Assembly (NCBI GenBank): GCA_018238375.1 | Contig: JABCTJ010000008.1 | Span: forward strand, 5-64,004 | Origin: Candidatus Thorarchaeota archaeon | GTDB taxonomy: Archaea; Asgardarchaeota; Thorarchaeia; Thorarchaeales; Thorarchaeaceae | DNA length: 64,000 nucleotides | Direction: 5' to 3' | In this document: positions 18,494 to 27,784 of the stretch, one piece after another | Layout: every line of letters begins with the position of its first letter | How positions within the stretch are numbered: position 1 is the stretch's first letter | Made by a program: the position numbers and the translations under genes | Notes under the pieces: generated by a model | Seen by the model: only the letters and a program-made list of their open reading frames with translations | Databases searched by the model: none | What the model was told of the DNA's origin: nothing

Positions 18494-18859
18494 TCAGGCA
18501 AGTGTAAAGGCTAAGGCGGCCACCATGACACCGAAGATACAAATTACAAGCCATTCGCGTAGATACTTCTCAATCATCTGAGGCTTCTCGTCAATCTGTC
18601 CCGTGACTATGAGAGTCAGGATGCACAGGAAAAGGAAAGCGAATGGGAGTGCAACAGTTGAATTCGTGAGAGGTGTATTTGTAATGAGCAGCACACCTGA
18701 GAGACCTCCGAATATCAAGAAAGCGAGAATCATCAATGAGTTTAGTATATGTTGAGTTCGATTGATGTCCATTTCACTTGACTTCCTGTTACACCGGTTC
18801 GGGTCGATTTTCCGGCTGCGCTTCTCAATTTGGTCTGCTTGAAAAAGGTTATCGTTCAT
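18494..18859 (-). CDS. Small membrane protein, unknown function
   Basis: There are three hydrophobic helices in the C-terminal 90 aa. I prefer the internal Met (18859) because the longest ORF would overlap the divergent neighbouring gene. Confidence 0.45.
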   Translation of the reverse strand: MNDNLFQADQIEKRSRKIDPNRCNRKSSEMDINRTQHILNSLMILAFLIFGGLSGVLLITNTPLTNSTVALPFAFLFLCILTLIVTGQIDEKPQMIEKYLREWLVICIFGVMVAALAFTLA

Positions 18860-18970
18860 TGTGATAGATTTGGTATAGCCCCGGTAATCGACCATACTAT
18901 TTATATCAGAACAATGAATAGCAGAAACTGTATTACATGAAGTACTTGTGATACAAGAGGGCAAAAATAG

Positions 18971-19945
18971 ATGACAATTGCCATCCATGAAAGCGCTTTG
19001 ATCAGGCACTTCAACACTAGAAAGGAAGTTTTGCGTGCGTGGGAAGAAGCTGTTGGCTGCAGGTCTTCACCATTCCGGGGCTATAAGATGCCGGATTCAA
19101 GGCTATACATTGAGCATCCAACGTTCCTTGATAGTATCGTTGATTTGATTCTTACGAATGAGCGTCATGTGTTCTTGAGGGGTCCAGTGGGATCTGGCAA
19201 GAGTACTTTGATGCTCTTGGCTCTTCGAGACTTGCCCACTTTGGCGGACAGACGCGGAAACAAGTTTGTCACGGGCTATGTCGGAATGACCGGTCTCTAT
19301 GAAAAGCAAATGTCAGCAGCAATAGCTGATTCCCTTAGAATTAAGTATCGTCGGTCATGGGAGTCAAGTCAGATTGTCGAGGCTGTTGCCAAAGAGAGCC
19401 TAAGAAGGTATGTCCAGGACAAGTGTCGCACAGCTCTATTCATAGAAGATGTTGCTGACAACCAAGAAGCGGCTTTCCACAAACTGAGATACTTAGCAGA
19501 TTTGCCTACTGAAGAGATGGTTGATTCACATGGCGGAAGTGCACTTGATGAGCCCATTATCACGCTTATCATGAGTGGAACAATGGAGTATTGGAATGCC
19601 ATGCTCAACTTCCTGCCGCAGATTGCACACAGGACTGAACCACTTGATGTGCCGCCCCTCGATGATCAAAAGGCGAAGGAATTCGTTGGTCGTAGATTGG
19701 CGTATGCGAAAGGGAAAATCGATACATTCGATCCCACTAATTTCGACCTATATCCGTTTGATGAGAGAACAATAGAAACTATCAACCGTGCAGCCAGAGG
19801 GAATCCACGCGATATACGGATGCTTGCCCGCGGGTGCCAACAGGTGGCAGCAGAAAAGTTCAGACAATCAGAAAATCCAGCTGTTACCTCAAAGATTGCC
19901 GAGCTGGTGACAGAAGCTTATGCCAGTATTTTGAAGGAGGTGTAA
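18971..19945 (+). CDS. AAA+ ATPase (Orc/Cdc6- or ExeA/AAA_22-like), unknown role
   Basis: 324 aa. It has Walker A RGPVGSGKSTLMLLAL, Walker B ALFIEDVAD and ARGNPRDIRMLAR (sensor-2-like). The start may be Met39 (19085). Confidence 0.6.
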   Translation: MTIAIHESALIRHFNTRKEVLRAWEEAVGCRSSPFRGYKMPDSRLYIEHPTFLDSIVDLILTNERHVFLRGPVGSGKSTLMLLALRDLPTLADRRGNKFVTGYVGMTGLYEKQMSAAIADSLRIKYRRSWESSQIVEAVAKESLRRYVQDKCRTALFIEDVADNQEAAFHKLRYLADLPTEEMVDSHGGSALDEPIITLIMSGTMEYWNAMLNFLPQIAHRTEPLDVPPLDDQKAKEFVGRRLAYAKGKIDTFDPTNFDLYPFDERTIETINRAARGNPRDIRMLARGCQQVAAEKFRQSENPAVTSKIAELVTEAYASILKEV

Positions 19946-20256
19946 TGATGGTTCTAGGTAAATATAGACGAGATGAAGAAGATAGACGAAAGAAGGGTGA
20001 GTCTACAGCAGCGATTAGTCAACCCACACACACCTCTGTAGAGAGAGTAGATGAAGCTGGGCATGTTGAGGCTGTGCCAAACCGTGAGCGTAAGAGCCCT
20101 ATTGTTTCGTTCTCAATTCCAATAGACTTGAGAAGTTGTTTGCAGGCTGTGAGAAGTGAAAAGTCGATCAACCTGAGCATGTGGGTTGAGCGTAAGCTGC
20201 GCGAAGCGGTGACAAATGAGTTTCCGACCATTGCAGAAAGACATCTGAAATCATAA
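19945..20256 (+). CDS. Small ribbon-helix-helix-like protein
   Basis: The ATG overlaps the upstream TAA (TAATG) and is preceded by GGAGG. The C-terminal SPIVSFSIPIDLRSCLQAVRSEKSINLSMWVERKLREAV fits a beta-strand plus two helices (RHH). Confidence 0.5.
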   Translation: MMVLGKYRRDEEDRRKKGESTAAISQPTHTSVERVDEAGHVEAVPNRERKSPIVSFSIPIDLRSCLQAVRSEKSINLSMWVERKLREAVTNEFPTIAERHLKS

Positions 20257-20304
20257 TAGTATCGGCTCTAATACATGTAATACATGATATTCCAGCAGAA
20301 CGAC

Positions 20305-21699
20305 CTACTTGGAAGAGCTATGCATCTCAGCGTATTGTGCCACTCGTGACATGCAAAGAGCTGCTAGCGCAGGGTCGTCATAGCATGGTATTCTGTTCAT
20401 TTCTAACAAGTCCTTACCTGGCTTGCCAACGTCACCCGCCAACCAGACTCCGACAACAGGCTTCCCGCTCTCGGCAGTTCGCAGTCCTTCGAGAGTGCCT
20501 GCTGCATGTTCAGTCTGTGTCATTCCTGCAAATGTTGGCACACCACAAATTACCAATAGCATATCTATGTTTGGATCTCTTAGCAATAGCTCTGTTGTAA
20601 TACTGTACTCTTTTCGGCCAGCACCGGCCACTACGTCCACTGGATTGTCTATCGACGCCATAGGAGATAGAACCTGTCTGAGTTCATGACGTGTTTTTCT
20701 TTCCAGATTCGGAACTTCTAGATTGAATTCAGATACTGCATCAGTGGCCAGAACTCCCGCTCCGCCTGTATTACTAATAATACCAATACGATTTCCCGCA
20801 GGAAGGGGTTGATAATCAAATAGCTTGCATATCTCAAGCAGTGAATCGAATGTTGGGGCTGTGACACAGCCAGCTTGACGAATCATTCCTTCAAACAGCT
20901 TCGGAGATCCAGCCATAGATCCAGTGTGTGACCGTGTGGCTTTTCCACCTACATCACTCCGCCCACCTTTCAGAACAACAACTGGTTTTTCGTTGGCAGC
21001 GTTACATAGAGCATTGAAGAATGATCTGCCATTATCTACTCCTTCTACGTATACCGCAATGACTGCAGATTTTGCGTCTGTTCTGAAGTAGTCGATTATT
21101 TCATCGAAGCTCACATCTGCCGCATTTCCAACGCTAGCGAACTTGCTTATGCCTATGCGTTTCGCTCGCGTCATATAGATCGTCATGCCTCCAAGCGCAC
21201 CACTCTGAGATAGGAATGCTATGTTGCCGCGCTCTGGCATCATAGTAAATGTGCCATTGAAGATTCGACTGTTGGATACTCCCACGCAGTTCGGACCGAT
21301 GATTCTAACATTGGCTTTTCTTGCAGCTGCAACTAGTGCATCTTCGAGCTTCTCTCCTTCAGGACCAGTTTCACTGAATCCACCGGAAATCACCACTGCA
21401 TGTCTAGCCCCAGCATCTTGTACTTCTGGCATAAGTCCCGCACAGTATTTGGCAGCTACCGCAATGATGACCAGATCAACGGATTCGGGTAGGCTTCTCA
21501 AATCCGGATACGCCTTGACACCGAGAACACGGTCTCTACTTCGGGTGACGGGATAAACCTGTATTTCTGAAGCTAGGAGATTCATCAATATTGAGTTGCC
21601 TAACTTCCTGTAATCAGATGAAGCTCCAACTAAGGCAACGGAATGAGGTGTGAAGAATTTACCAATTTCCTCCATTGCGTTCCCTTTTGATTTGCTCAT
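20305..21699 (-). CDS. ADP-forming acetyl-CoA synthetase alpha-type subunit (CoA-binding / succinyl-CoA-ligase-like)
   Basis: 464 aa. FFTPHSVALVGASSD..KLGN, IGPNCVG and the phospho-His context RSHTGSMAGS. Confidence 0.8.
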   Translation of the reverse strand: MSKSKGNAMEEIGKFFTPHSVALVGASSDYRKLGNSILMNLLASEIQVYPVTRSRDRVLGVKAYPDLRSLPESVDLVIIAVAAKYCAGLMPEVQDAGARHAVVISGGFSETGPEGEKLEDALVAAARKANVRIIGPNCVGVSNSRIFNGTFTMMPERGNIAFLSQSGALGGMTIYMTRAKRIGISKFASVGNAADVSFDEIIDYFRTDAKSAVIAVYVEGVDNGRSFFNALCNAANEKPVVVLKGGRSDVGGKATRSHTGSMAGSPKLFEGMIRQAGCVTAPTFDSLLEICKLFDYQPLPAGNRIGIISNTGGAGVLATDAVSEFNLEVPNLERKTRHELRQVLSPMASIDNPVDVVAGAGRKEYSITTELLLRDPNIDMLLVICGVPTFAGMTQTEHAAGTLEGLRTAESGKPVVGVWLAGDVGKPGKDLLEMNRIPCYDDPALAALCMSRVAQYAEMHSSSK

Positions 21700-21748
21700 G
21701 TTCTCACGCGAGAAGGCCAGTTGATTTATGTCTGTCGTGCTTACAACA

Positions 21749-21777
21749 TGTAATACTTATATTAACTGTAATACTTA
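21749..21777 (+). promoter_or_regulatory. Direct repeat of TGTAATACTTA (two copies, 18-bp register)
   Basis: The copies sit at 21749..21759 and 21767..21777, 50-78 nt upstream of the acetyl-CoA-synthetase-like gene start (21699, minus strand). Related copies are listed in the findings. Confidence 0.5.
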
Positions 21778-23039
21778 CGTCTACTGGTCTTCAAAAGCTT
21801 CTTCTGCAAGCGTCTTAGTCTGCCGCGATTTCTACACTCCGATGCTAGGACTGTATCCAATACGACTTCAACCTCTGGACACTTTCGGTGAATGTTTGCG
21901 ACGGATATGAGCGAAGCAGCTTCGACTTCCTTGCTCCTTGTCCCACATGCTAGCTCAACTAAGACTGAAGCCGCAGATTCATGATAAAAATTCCCAAGAG
22001 CAATGGTGACCGGTGTCGCAAGGCGGCTGTTATCTAGTCGCATAATTCGCTCGAACGTTGCAAGTGAATTTAGTGATCGAACTTGCACATGGCTGTTTAT
22101 GCAAGAGATGAATCTCCTAAACGGATTGTTGGATTCATCTTGCTGATAATCAACAACCGCTGATTCTAATACAGTATTGAGAAGAGGATGTGCGTATTTG
22201 CTTCCAAGAAGGCCAAGTCCATTGATGTCTTGGGTGATCAGCATGGTGAGAAGGTTTCCATAGTCAGCATTAGCGGGTGAAGTCGCTGGTACTTCCAGGG
22301 GACTGTCATCTTCATTGGTCATAGGCCGACGGCCAGTTCTCAATTGTATTACAGATAATACCGAGTCAAGATCGGAGAGTAGTAGTTCGTTTCCTTTAGC
22401 TCCTTGTTCTGCCAAGGCTGTCCGACCATACTCAGAGTACCACAGCTGTTTCACGTGTGCTTGGTTCCTGCCAACCGGAATGATTAGCTTGCGCATTCGT
22501 TTCTTGTGAGTCGCTTCAGCCATTTCGATCAGGTCTGTTGGAAGAGAGCTGCTCACGCTCGTCAGATCGAAGAAAAGGGCATCTCCACTTTGGAATTGCT
22601 CAATTGCAAGATTCTGAACTCTAGCAGCAAATGCATGTGTAGCGGATACCATCGACTCCTCAGCTCGTAGTTCATCGAGCAACGCTACTGTATCATGATT
22701 CACAGGCTCTAGGCCTGCGGAGGAGAAGATGGCAAAAATCATTTCCCGATACTTCAAAGGCTCGATTCTTCTTTGGTTTCCCCCTGTGCCAATTGGAGCC
22801 GAGTAGGTAGAATTTGCCGACTCGATTAGAAACTGAACTACGGTTTCCCATCCGTTTTTAACTTCGATGTTGGCTAGGAGATCAAGTAGGTCTCGTTCTC
22901 TTCGGTCGCCAATTGCATTCGCAATCTCATCAAGCTTATCGCGATTCCTAATTTCCGCAACTCGTTTTCTACTCTTTTTCAGTAGCCTGTCCAAGGGATT
23001 TTCCTTGACCACTGTTATCACTATCACTGCCTGAATCAA
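21762..23039 (-). CDS. Hypothetical protein (425 aa), no family recognised
   Basis: A long uninterrupted ORF, mostly predicted-helical, with a basic C-terminal tail (RNRGRLRRLQKKLLKTSRRKYYS). Confidence 0.5.
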   Translation of the reverse strand: MIQAVIVITVVKENPLDRLLKKSRKRVAEIRNRDKLDEIANAIGDRRERDLLDLLANIEVKNGWETVVQFLIESANSTYSAPIGTGGNQRRIEPLKYREMIFAIFSSAGLEPVNHDTVALLDELRAEESMVSATHAFAARVQNLAIEQFQSGDALFFDLTSVSSSLPTDLIEMAEATHKKRMRKLIIPVGRNQAHVKQLWYSEYGRTALAEQGAKGNELLLSDLDSVLSVIQLRTGRRPMTNEDDSPLEVPATSPANADYGNLLTMLITQDINGLGLLGSKYAHPLLNTVLESAVVDYQQDESNNPFRRFISCINSHVQVRSLNSLATFERIMRLDNSRLATPVTIALGNFYHESAASVLVELACGTRSKEVEAASLISVANIHRKCPEVEVVLDTVLASECRNRGRLRRLQKKLLKTSRRKYYS

Positions 23040-23440
23040 GATTCACTGATTTGTCCAAGTAGGATAAAGGTTGGCTAAATAAAAGATAATTGTATTATTT
23101 GTATGTCAAGTATTACAAATGGGCCATTTGTACGTGTATCATGAGCGAAATTCCTGTTCTAAGATTAGAACTATGTATCATTGTGTCTCTGTCCTGTATG
23201 AGTGTGTCGTGTCAAAGATGACATGCCAATGCCGAAGTTTCGGATTGCCTTGGTAAGTTTAGGCGATATCGTTGGCATCTCTATCTCCTCAAGATATACT
23301 TCCAAGATGATCAATGTGGCTATGAACGACCCGATGGGAAAACGAACTTAGCCGGCGTTGCAATGCGTCTTCGATGACACGACACATTCGTACAGTTTTT
23401 TGCTCTTCTACAATCACCGGTCTAGAACATCTATTCAAAG

Positions 23441-24118
23441 CTAATCAGTTGTGTGACTAGATTTTCTTCTAGAGAGATCGGATTTCAACGCAACGGACGA
23501 AGTAAGCTCATCAAGGGCTGCAAGAATCATACGTTCAGCTGCACGGTAGCTCTCGACGTCTTCAGTTGTCAACTGAACCTTGTCGCCCAGTATATCGCGG
23601 ATGTGCCTGTAGTTTCCGATTCTTCCAGCTATCTCTTCAAAAGGCCGAAATATAGTGAATTCAAACAATCCAAGATAAGCTAGTAGAAGCATTGTACTTA
23701 GACACCGCGTCAGGTTCCTCCGTGCCTGGCTCAGTGACCTGTTAAATGCTCCACGCGATACTCCTCGTGCTCTAGTACCGCGACGAGACCTGAATGCTGC
23801 CTTATCATCATAAGGAATGTGAGCTCCGTAATTATCCTCCACGAGAAGATCAATAATTAGTGTTTCAAGTTGTGTTTCAGTGAGCGTTGACTGTTTAACT
23901 AGGGTCTTCAATATTGGTTCGTTCAAAACCTGCTTAACATTGGATTGGATTCTCCTTTTCGGTATTCCCCGAAATCCTCGCTCCTTCCTATTCGATTCCA
24001 AGACTCTACACTCCGTTATTCTATATGATATTGATGATTGGGCCCCATCATAGTCACAGGGAACGTGCCTCATATAGCTCAATTTTGATTGTAGAGGTCT
24101 ATGATGGCTGTTCTTCAT
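23441..24118 (-). CDS. Hypothetical protein with a possible sigma-70-region-4/LuxR-like HTH
   Basis: 225 aa. LTETQLETLIIDLL....GVSRGAFNRSLSQARRNLTRCL resembles a helix-turn-helix. The call is weak. Confidence 0.35.
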   Translation of the reverse strand: MKNSHHRPLQSKLSYMRHVPCDYDGAQSSISYRITECRVLESNRKERGFRGIPKRRIQSNVKQVLNEPILKTLVKQSTLTETQLETLIIDLLVEDNYGAHIPYDDKAAFRSRRGTRARGVSRGAFNRSLSQARRNLTRCLSTMLLLAYLGLFEFTIFRPFEEIAGRIGNYRHIRDILGDKVQLTTEDVESYRAAERMILAALDELTSSVALKSDLSRRKSSHTTD

Positions 24119-24251
24119 GTGAGTGATAGGAGCCTCTTAGCGGATACAGTATCGTATACCAGTGCTTTATGAAGTAAGCTTGAGATATGTCTTTCGCGAA
24201 CTACATACCATTGAGTAATATCTGTAATACAACCCACTAGGTTTTGGGATG

Positions 24252-24683
24252 CTAAGTGGATGATCTCGGCTTAAGAAACCATTCTGAGTTCGGAGATACT
24301 GTCACAAAACTAAGTATTAGATTCCCTCGTATCTCGTCAAACTTGTAAACTCCAAACACATATCTTTCTGATGCAGATTCCCATTCCAAGCGGCCTTGGG
24401 CAAGAGTGTGCCTGAAGACTGCTCTACAGTGCTTCCTTACTGCTGCGAATAGATTTCGATAGTGCCTGCGTTGTGAAGGGTGGATTCCCCACCTAGAAAG
24501 AATGAATCGATTTGCAAGACTATTACTTGAGATTAAAACCGACTTCCTCCGCTTCTGTGTCTTGCTGATGGACTTTTTCAGAGTGTTCCGTAAGCACTCT
24601 GGCACAGTAGCAAGAATGGAAGGGGTAGTTATCGGTTCATGAACGATGGACTCGGTGTTCTTACTGAAAACATGCAAGGTCAA
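24252..24683 (-). CDS. Hypothetical basic protein (143 aa)
   Basis: Supported by the ORF only; no motif recognised. Confidence 0.3.
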   Translation of the reverse strand: MTLHVFSKNTESIVHEPITTPSILATVPECLRNTLKKSISKTQKRRKSVLISSNSLANRFILSRWGIHPSQRRHYRNLFAAVRKHCRAVFRHTLAQGRLEWESASERYVFGVYKFDEIRGNLILSFVTVSPNSEWFLKPRSST

Positions 24684-24798
24684 TCATACATGTATTCTGG
24701 CATTTCCTTAAGAGGTCCTACAAGGTCACATGCAATATATCGTTGCTTCACTGGATTAATATCATGACTAGGCAAGGCTTCTGAGAGGCCGTTACTAG

Positions 24799-27171
24799 GT
24801 GAAACGCAGAGCCAGCATTCATGTCACTGGAATCGTACAGGGAGTAGGCTTTCGACCGTTTGTGTATCGTGCTGCAAAGTCTCTCTCTCTAGAAGGATAT
24901 GTCTTGAATCTTGGCGATGCTGGTGTCCGCATTGTTGTTGAGGGCAATTCAGGGAGTATCAAAGAATTGATACATAAGATTGAGCAGGATCCTCCATCCA
25001 TATCACGAGTGGATAAGCTTGACATCGAATGGGAAAAATTAGGGAAACCCTTCAAGGATTTCATTATCAAGAAATCCTCTACATCTAGGAGTACGGGATT
25101 GGCTCCCGACATACCCCCCGATATTGCGATCTGCTCGGCCTGCATTACTAACATGACCAATCCCAATTCAAGGTGGTACCTGTATCCGTTTACTTCCTGT
25201 GCTGCTTGCGGTCCACGATTCTCAACAATTACTGATCTTCCCTATGATAGACCCAATACTACAATGGTTGATTTTCCTCTATGTGATACTTGTAATACAG
25301 GTTATACAGACCCTCTTGACCGCCGGTATCATGCTCAAACTACTGCTTGTGAGGATTGTGGGCCGACCTATCGACTCGTAGATGCACATAATCGACCAGC
25401 TGTGGATGCCAATTCGATTGCTGGTGCTGCAGATTTGTTGTCACAAGGATCCATCATTGCAGTTCAAGGAATAGGAGGAACTCATTTGGTCACGAAAGTA
25501 ACCGACGCTATTCCTATACGAAGTCTTAGAACTCGGAAACAGAGAGCGTACCGGCCCTTTGCCATCATGGCAAGAAACCTCGATGTCATTAGAGCATTCT
25601 CAAGACCCACGCCGATGGAGGAGAAATTACTCACTTCATGGAAAAGGCCAATTGTACTTGTGAAGAAACGAAATCGAATTGATGACAGGAATCAGCAATC
25701 TGAGGAGGGAGGTACAATACCTGACGTTTCTTTGGAGCTAATATCACCAGGTCTTGATACTGTGGGAGTGATGCTCCCGTATTCTCCTCTTCATCATCTA
25801 TTGTTTCATTTTTCAGAGGAGCCAGCACTAGTCATGACAAGTGCGAATCCTACGGGACTTCCAATGTATATTCATCCTGACACTATCATGTCCAATCTAG
25901 AGAGTGTTGCGGATTATTTTCTAATTCACAATAGGAGGATACACCAAAGAGCTGATGATTCTGTCATCAAGCTTGTCAGTAGTGATCACGCTGTTTTCAT
26001 ACGACGAGCAAGGGGTTACGTACCTAATCCGATGAAACTAGAGGGCCCTTTTAGTTTGTCAACAATAGTTGCGGTAGGTCCAGAAGAAAAAACGACTGGT
26101 GCGGTGTTGAAGTCTGGACGCATCTACATTACTCAGCACATTGGTGACACAGACCGACTTGAGAACATCGAGTTTCTGTCTGACGCACTGAATCACATGG
26201 TTCATCTATTGGCCGTCGATCAGATTGATGCTGTGGCTTGTGACCTCCATCCTGAATTCCTAACTACTGAATTCGCAGAAGCGCTATCATCGGACAAGGG
26301 CATTCCACTCTTCCGGGTACAGCATCATCATGCTCACTTAGCATCCCTCATGGTTGACCATCAACTGTCATCCAATACACGTATCACTTGTATTACAGCG
26401 GATGGATTTGGCTATGGTGATGATGGTAGTGCATGGGGTGGTGAAATCCTTGTAGGAGATTTCGAAGGGTATGCAAAAATCGGGGGGTTGGAGCAGACTG
26501 CGTATGCCGGTGGAGATCTTTCTGCAAAGTATGCAGTGAGATCGTTCGTAGGACTTCTTGGAAGAGAACTGAGCACGCATGAGATGTTGGATGTTGTTGA
26601 AGGAAGCTTGATTGCACCTAGCATAAGAACTACGAATGAATCGCTGTCATTGCTCGTTGAAGCAACCAAACGAAAAGTGAATGTTGTTCAAAGCAGCAGT
26701 GCTGGACGATATCTTGATGCAGTGGCAATAGCACTAGGGATTTGCTCAGAGAATACCTATGATGGTGAATGTCCCATGAAACTTGAATCGGTTGCTCATA
26801 AAACGAAGATACGACTTGAACCCAAATTCCATACAAGCAATCGTGGTACATTTTTGGATATCGCCGAGTCATTAATGCAGCTACTCGAGCTCAAGAAAGA
26901 TGGAAGTAAGCCTGTTGAACTCGCTTATGCAGCTCAATGGTACCTTGGGGAATCACTTGCCAAGATAGCTTGTGATGCAGCACACAATGAAGAGCTAGAC
27001 TACGTAGGGTTTTCTGGAGGTGTTGCATTGAATCGAATCATAACCAAGGCAATCATCAACCATGTCACCAATGAGCATCTTACTCCATTAATCCATAGAC
27101 ATATTCCACCAGGTGATGGGGGAATTTCATCAGGTCAAGCCGTAGTCGCAGCTGCAAAGCTTGTAAAATAG
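24799..27171 (+). CDS. hypF: Hydrogenase maturation carbamoyltransferase HypF
   Basis: 790 aa with a GTG start. An acylphosphatase domain (VTGIVQGVGFRPFVY), two CxxC-x18-CxxC zinc fingers, and YrdC-like and Kae1-like domains. Confidence 0.92.
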   Translation: MKRRASIHVTGIVQGVGFRPFVYRAAKSLSLEGYVLNLGDAGVRIVVEGNSGSIKELIHKIEQDPPSISRVDKLDIEWEKLGKPFKDFIIKKSSTSRSTGLAPDIPPDIAICSACITNMTNPNSRWYLYPFTSCAACGPRFSTITDLPYDRPNTTMVDFPLCDTCNTGYTDPLDRRYHAQTTACEDCGPTYRLVDAHNRPAVDANSIAGAADLLSQGSIIAVQGIGGTHLVTKVTDAIPIRSLRTRKQRAYRPFAIMARNLDVIRAFSRPTPMEEKLLTSWKRPIVLVKKRNRIDDRNQQSEEGGTIPDVSLELISPGLDTVGVMLPYSPLHHLLFHFSEEPALVMTSANPTGLPMYIHPDTIMSNLESVADYFLIHNRRIHQRADDSVIKLVSSDHAVFIRRARGYVPNPMKLEGPFSLSTIVAVGPEEKTTGAVLKSGRIYITQHIGDTDRLENIEFLSDALNHMVHLLAVDQIDAVACDLHPEFLTTEFAEALSSDKGIPLFRVQHHHAHLASLMVDHQLSSNTRITCITADGFGYGDDGSAWGGEILVGDFEGYAKIGGLEQTAYAGGDLSAKYAVRSFVGLLGRELSTHEMLDVVEGSLIAPSIRTTNESLSLLVEATKRKVNVVQSSSAGRYLDAVAIALGICSENTYDGECPMKLESVAHKTKIRLEPKFHTSNRGTFLDIAESLMQLLELKKDGSKPVELAYAAQWYLGESLAKIACDAAHNEELDYVGFSGGVALNRIITKAIINHVTNEHLTPLIHRHIPPGDGGISSGQAVVAAAKLVK

Positions 27172-27174
27172 ATG

Positions 27175-27783
27175 TTAGCGATTGAGATCCTCGACCTTTT
27201 TGCGACCCATCTTGACTGCTTTGATATTGATTGACTCAAGCTTCTTTGAGAAAGTGCTGCGGACCGCATCTATGGCTGTTTCTTCAGTTATCGGAGTCAG
27301 TCCTGTACCAATGATGGCACCAAGCATAATCATGTTAAGTGCCCTTGAACTCCCTGCTTCCTTTGCCATTGCCATTGCGTCGAATTCAAGGATGCGTTTA
27401 GTGAACTTGCGAATGCCGCTAATGATTTCTTTGTTTGGAGGGTATGATGCATTGCCCATGGAAACTGCTACAGGGTATTGTATGTGTGAGCTTAGCAAAA
27501 CGCACCCATCTTCTCGAATCATGTGGGCTTCGCGTAGTGTTTCAACTGGTTCAAAGCCAACAAGAAGATTAGCTGTGCCCGGGTCTATTATTGGACCTCG
27601 CGCACCAGCGCCAATGCGAACAGTGCATACCACATGACCTCCTCTTTGGGCCATTCCATGTATCTCACCCACGCGGACATTGTGCGAATCAGATAGAGCA
27701 GCCTTTGCTAGTATCTCTGCCAATGTAAGGACACCTTGGCCACCAACCCCTGAGATAACAATGCTTACTGTTTCACTCTTCAT
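27175..27783 (-). CDS. iorB: Indolepyruvate:ferredoxin oxidoreductase beta subunit
   Basis: MKSETVSIVISGVGGQGVLTLAEILAKAAL.. The start is taken at the Met immediately after the iorA stop. Confidence 0.85.
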   Translation of the reverse strand: MKSETVSIVISGVGGQGVLTLAEILAKAALSDSHNVRVGEIHGMAQRGGHVVCTVRIGAGARGPIIDPGTANLLVGFEPVETLREAHMIREDGCVLLSSHIQYPVAVSMGNASYPPNKEIISGIRKFTKRILEFDAMAMAKEAGSSRALNMIMLGAIIGTGLTPITEETAIDAVRSTFSKKLESINIKAVKMGRKKVEDLNR

Positions 27784-27784
27784 T

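Noticed and set aside
23229-23351. A 40-aa ORF (MPKFRIALVSLGDIVG...) lies in the 401-bp spacer.
   Set aside because: It is too short, with no ribosome-binding site and no conservation evidence available. The spacer is more likely regulatory.
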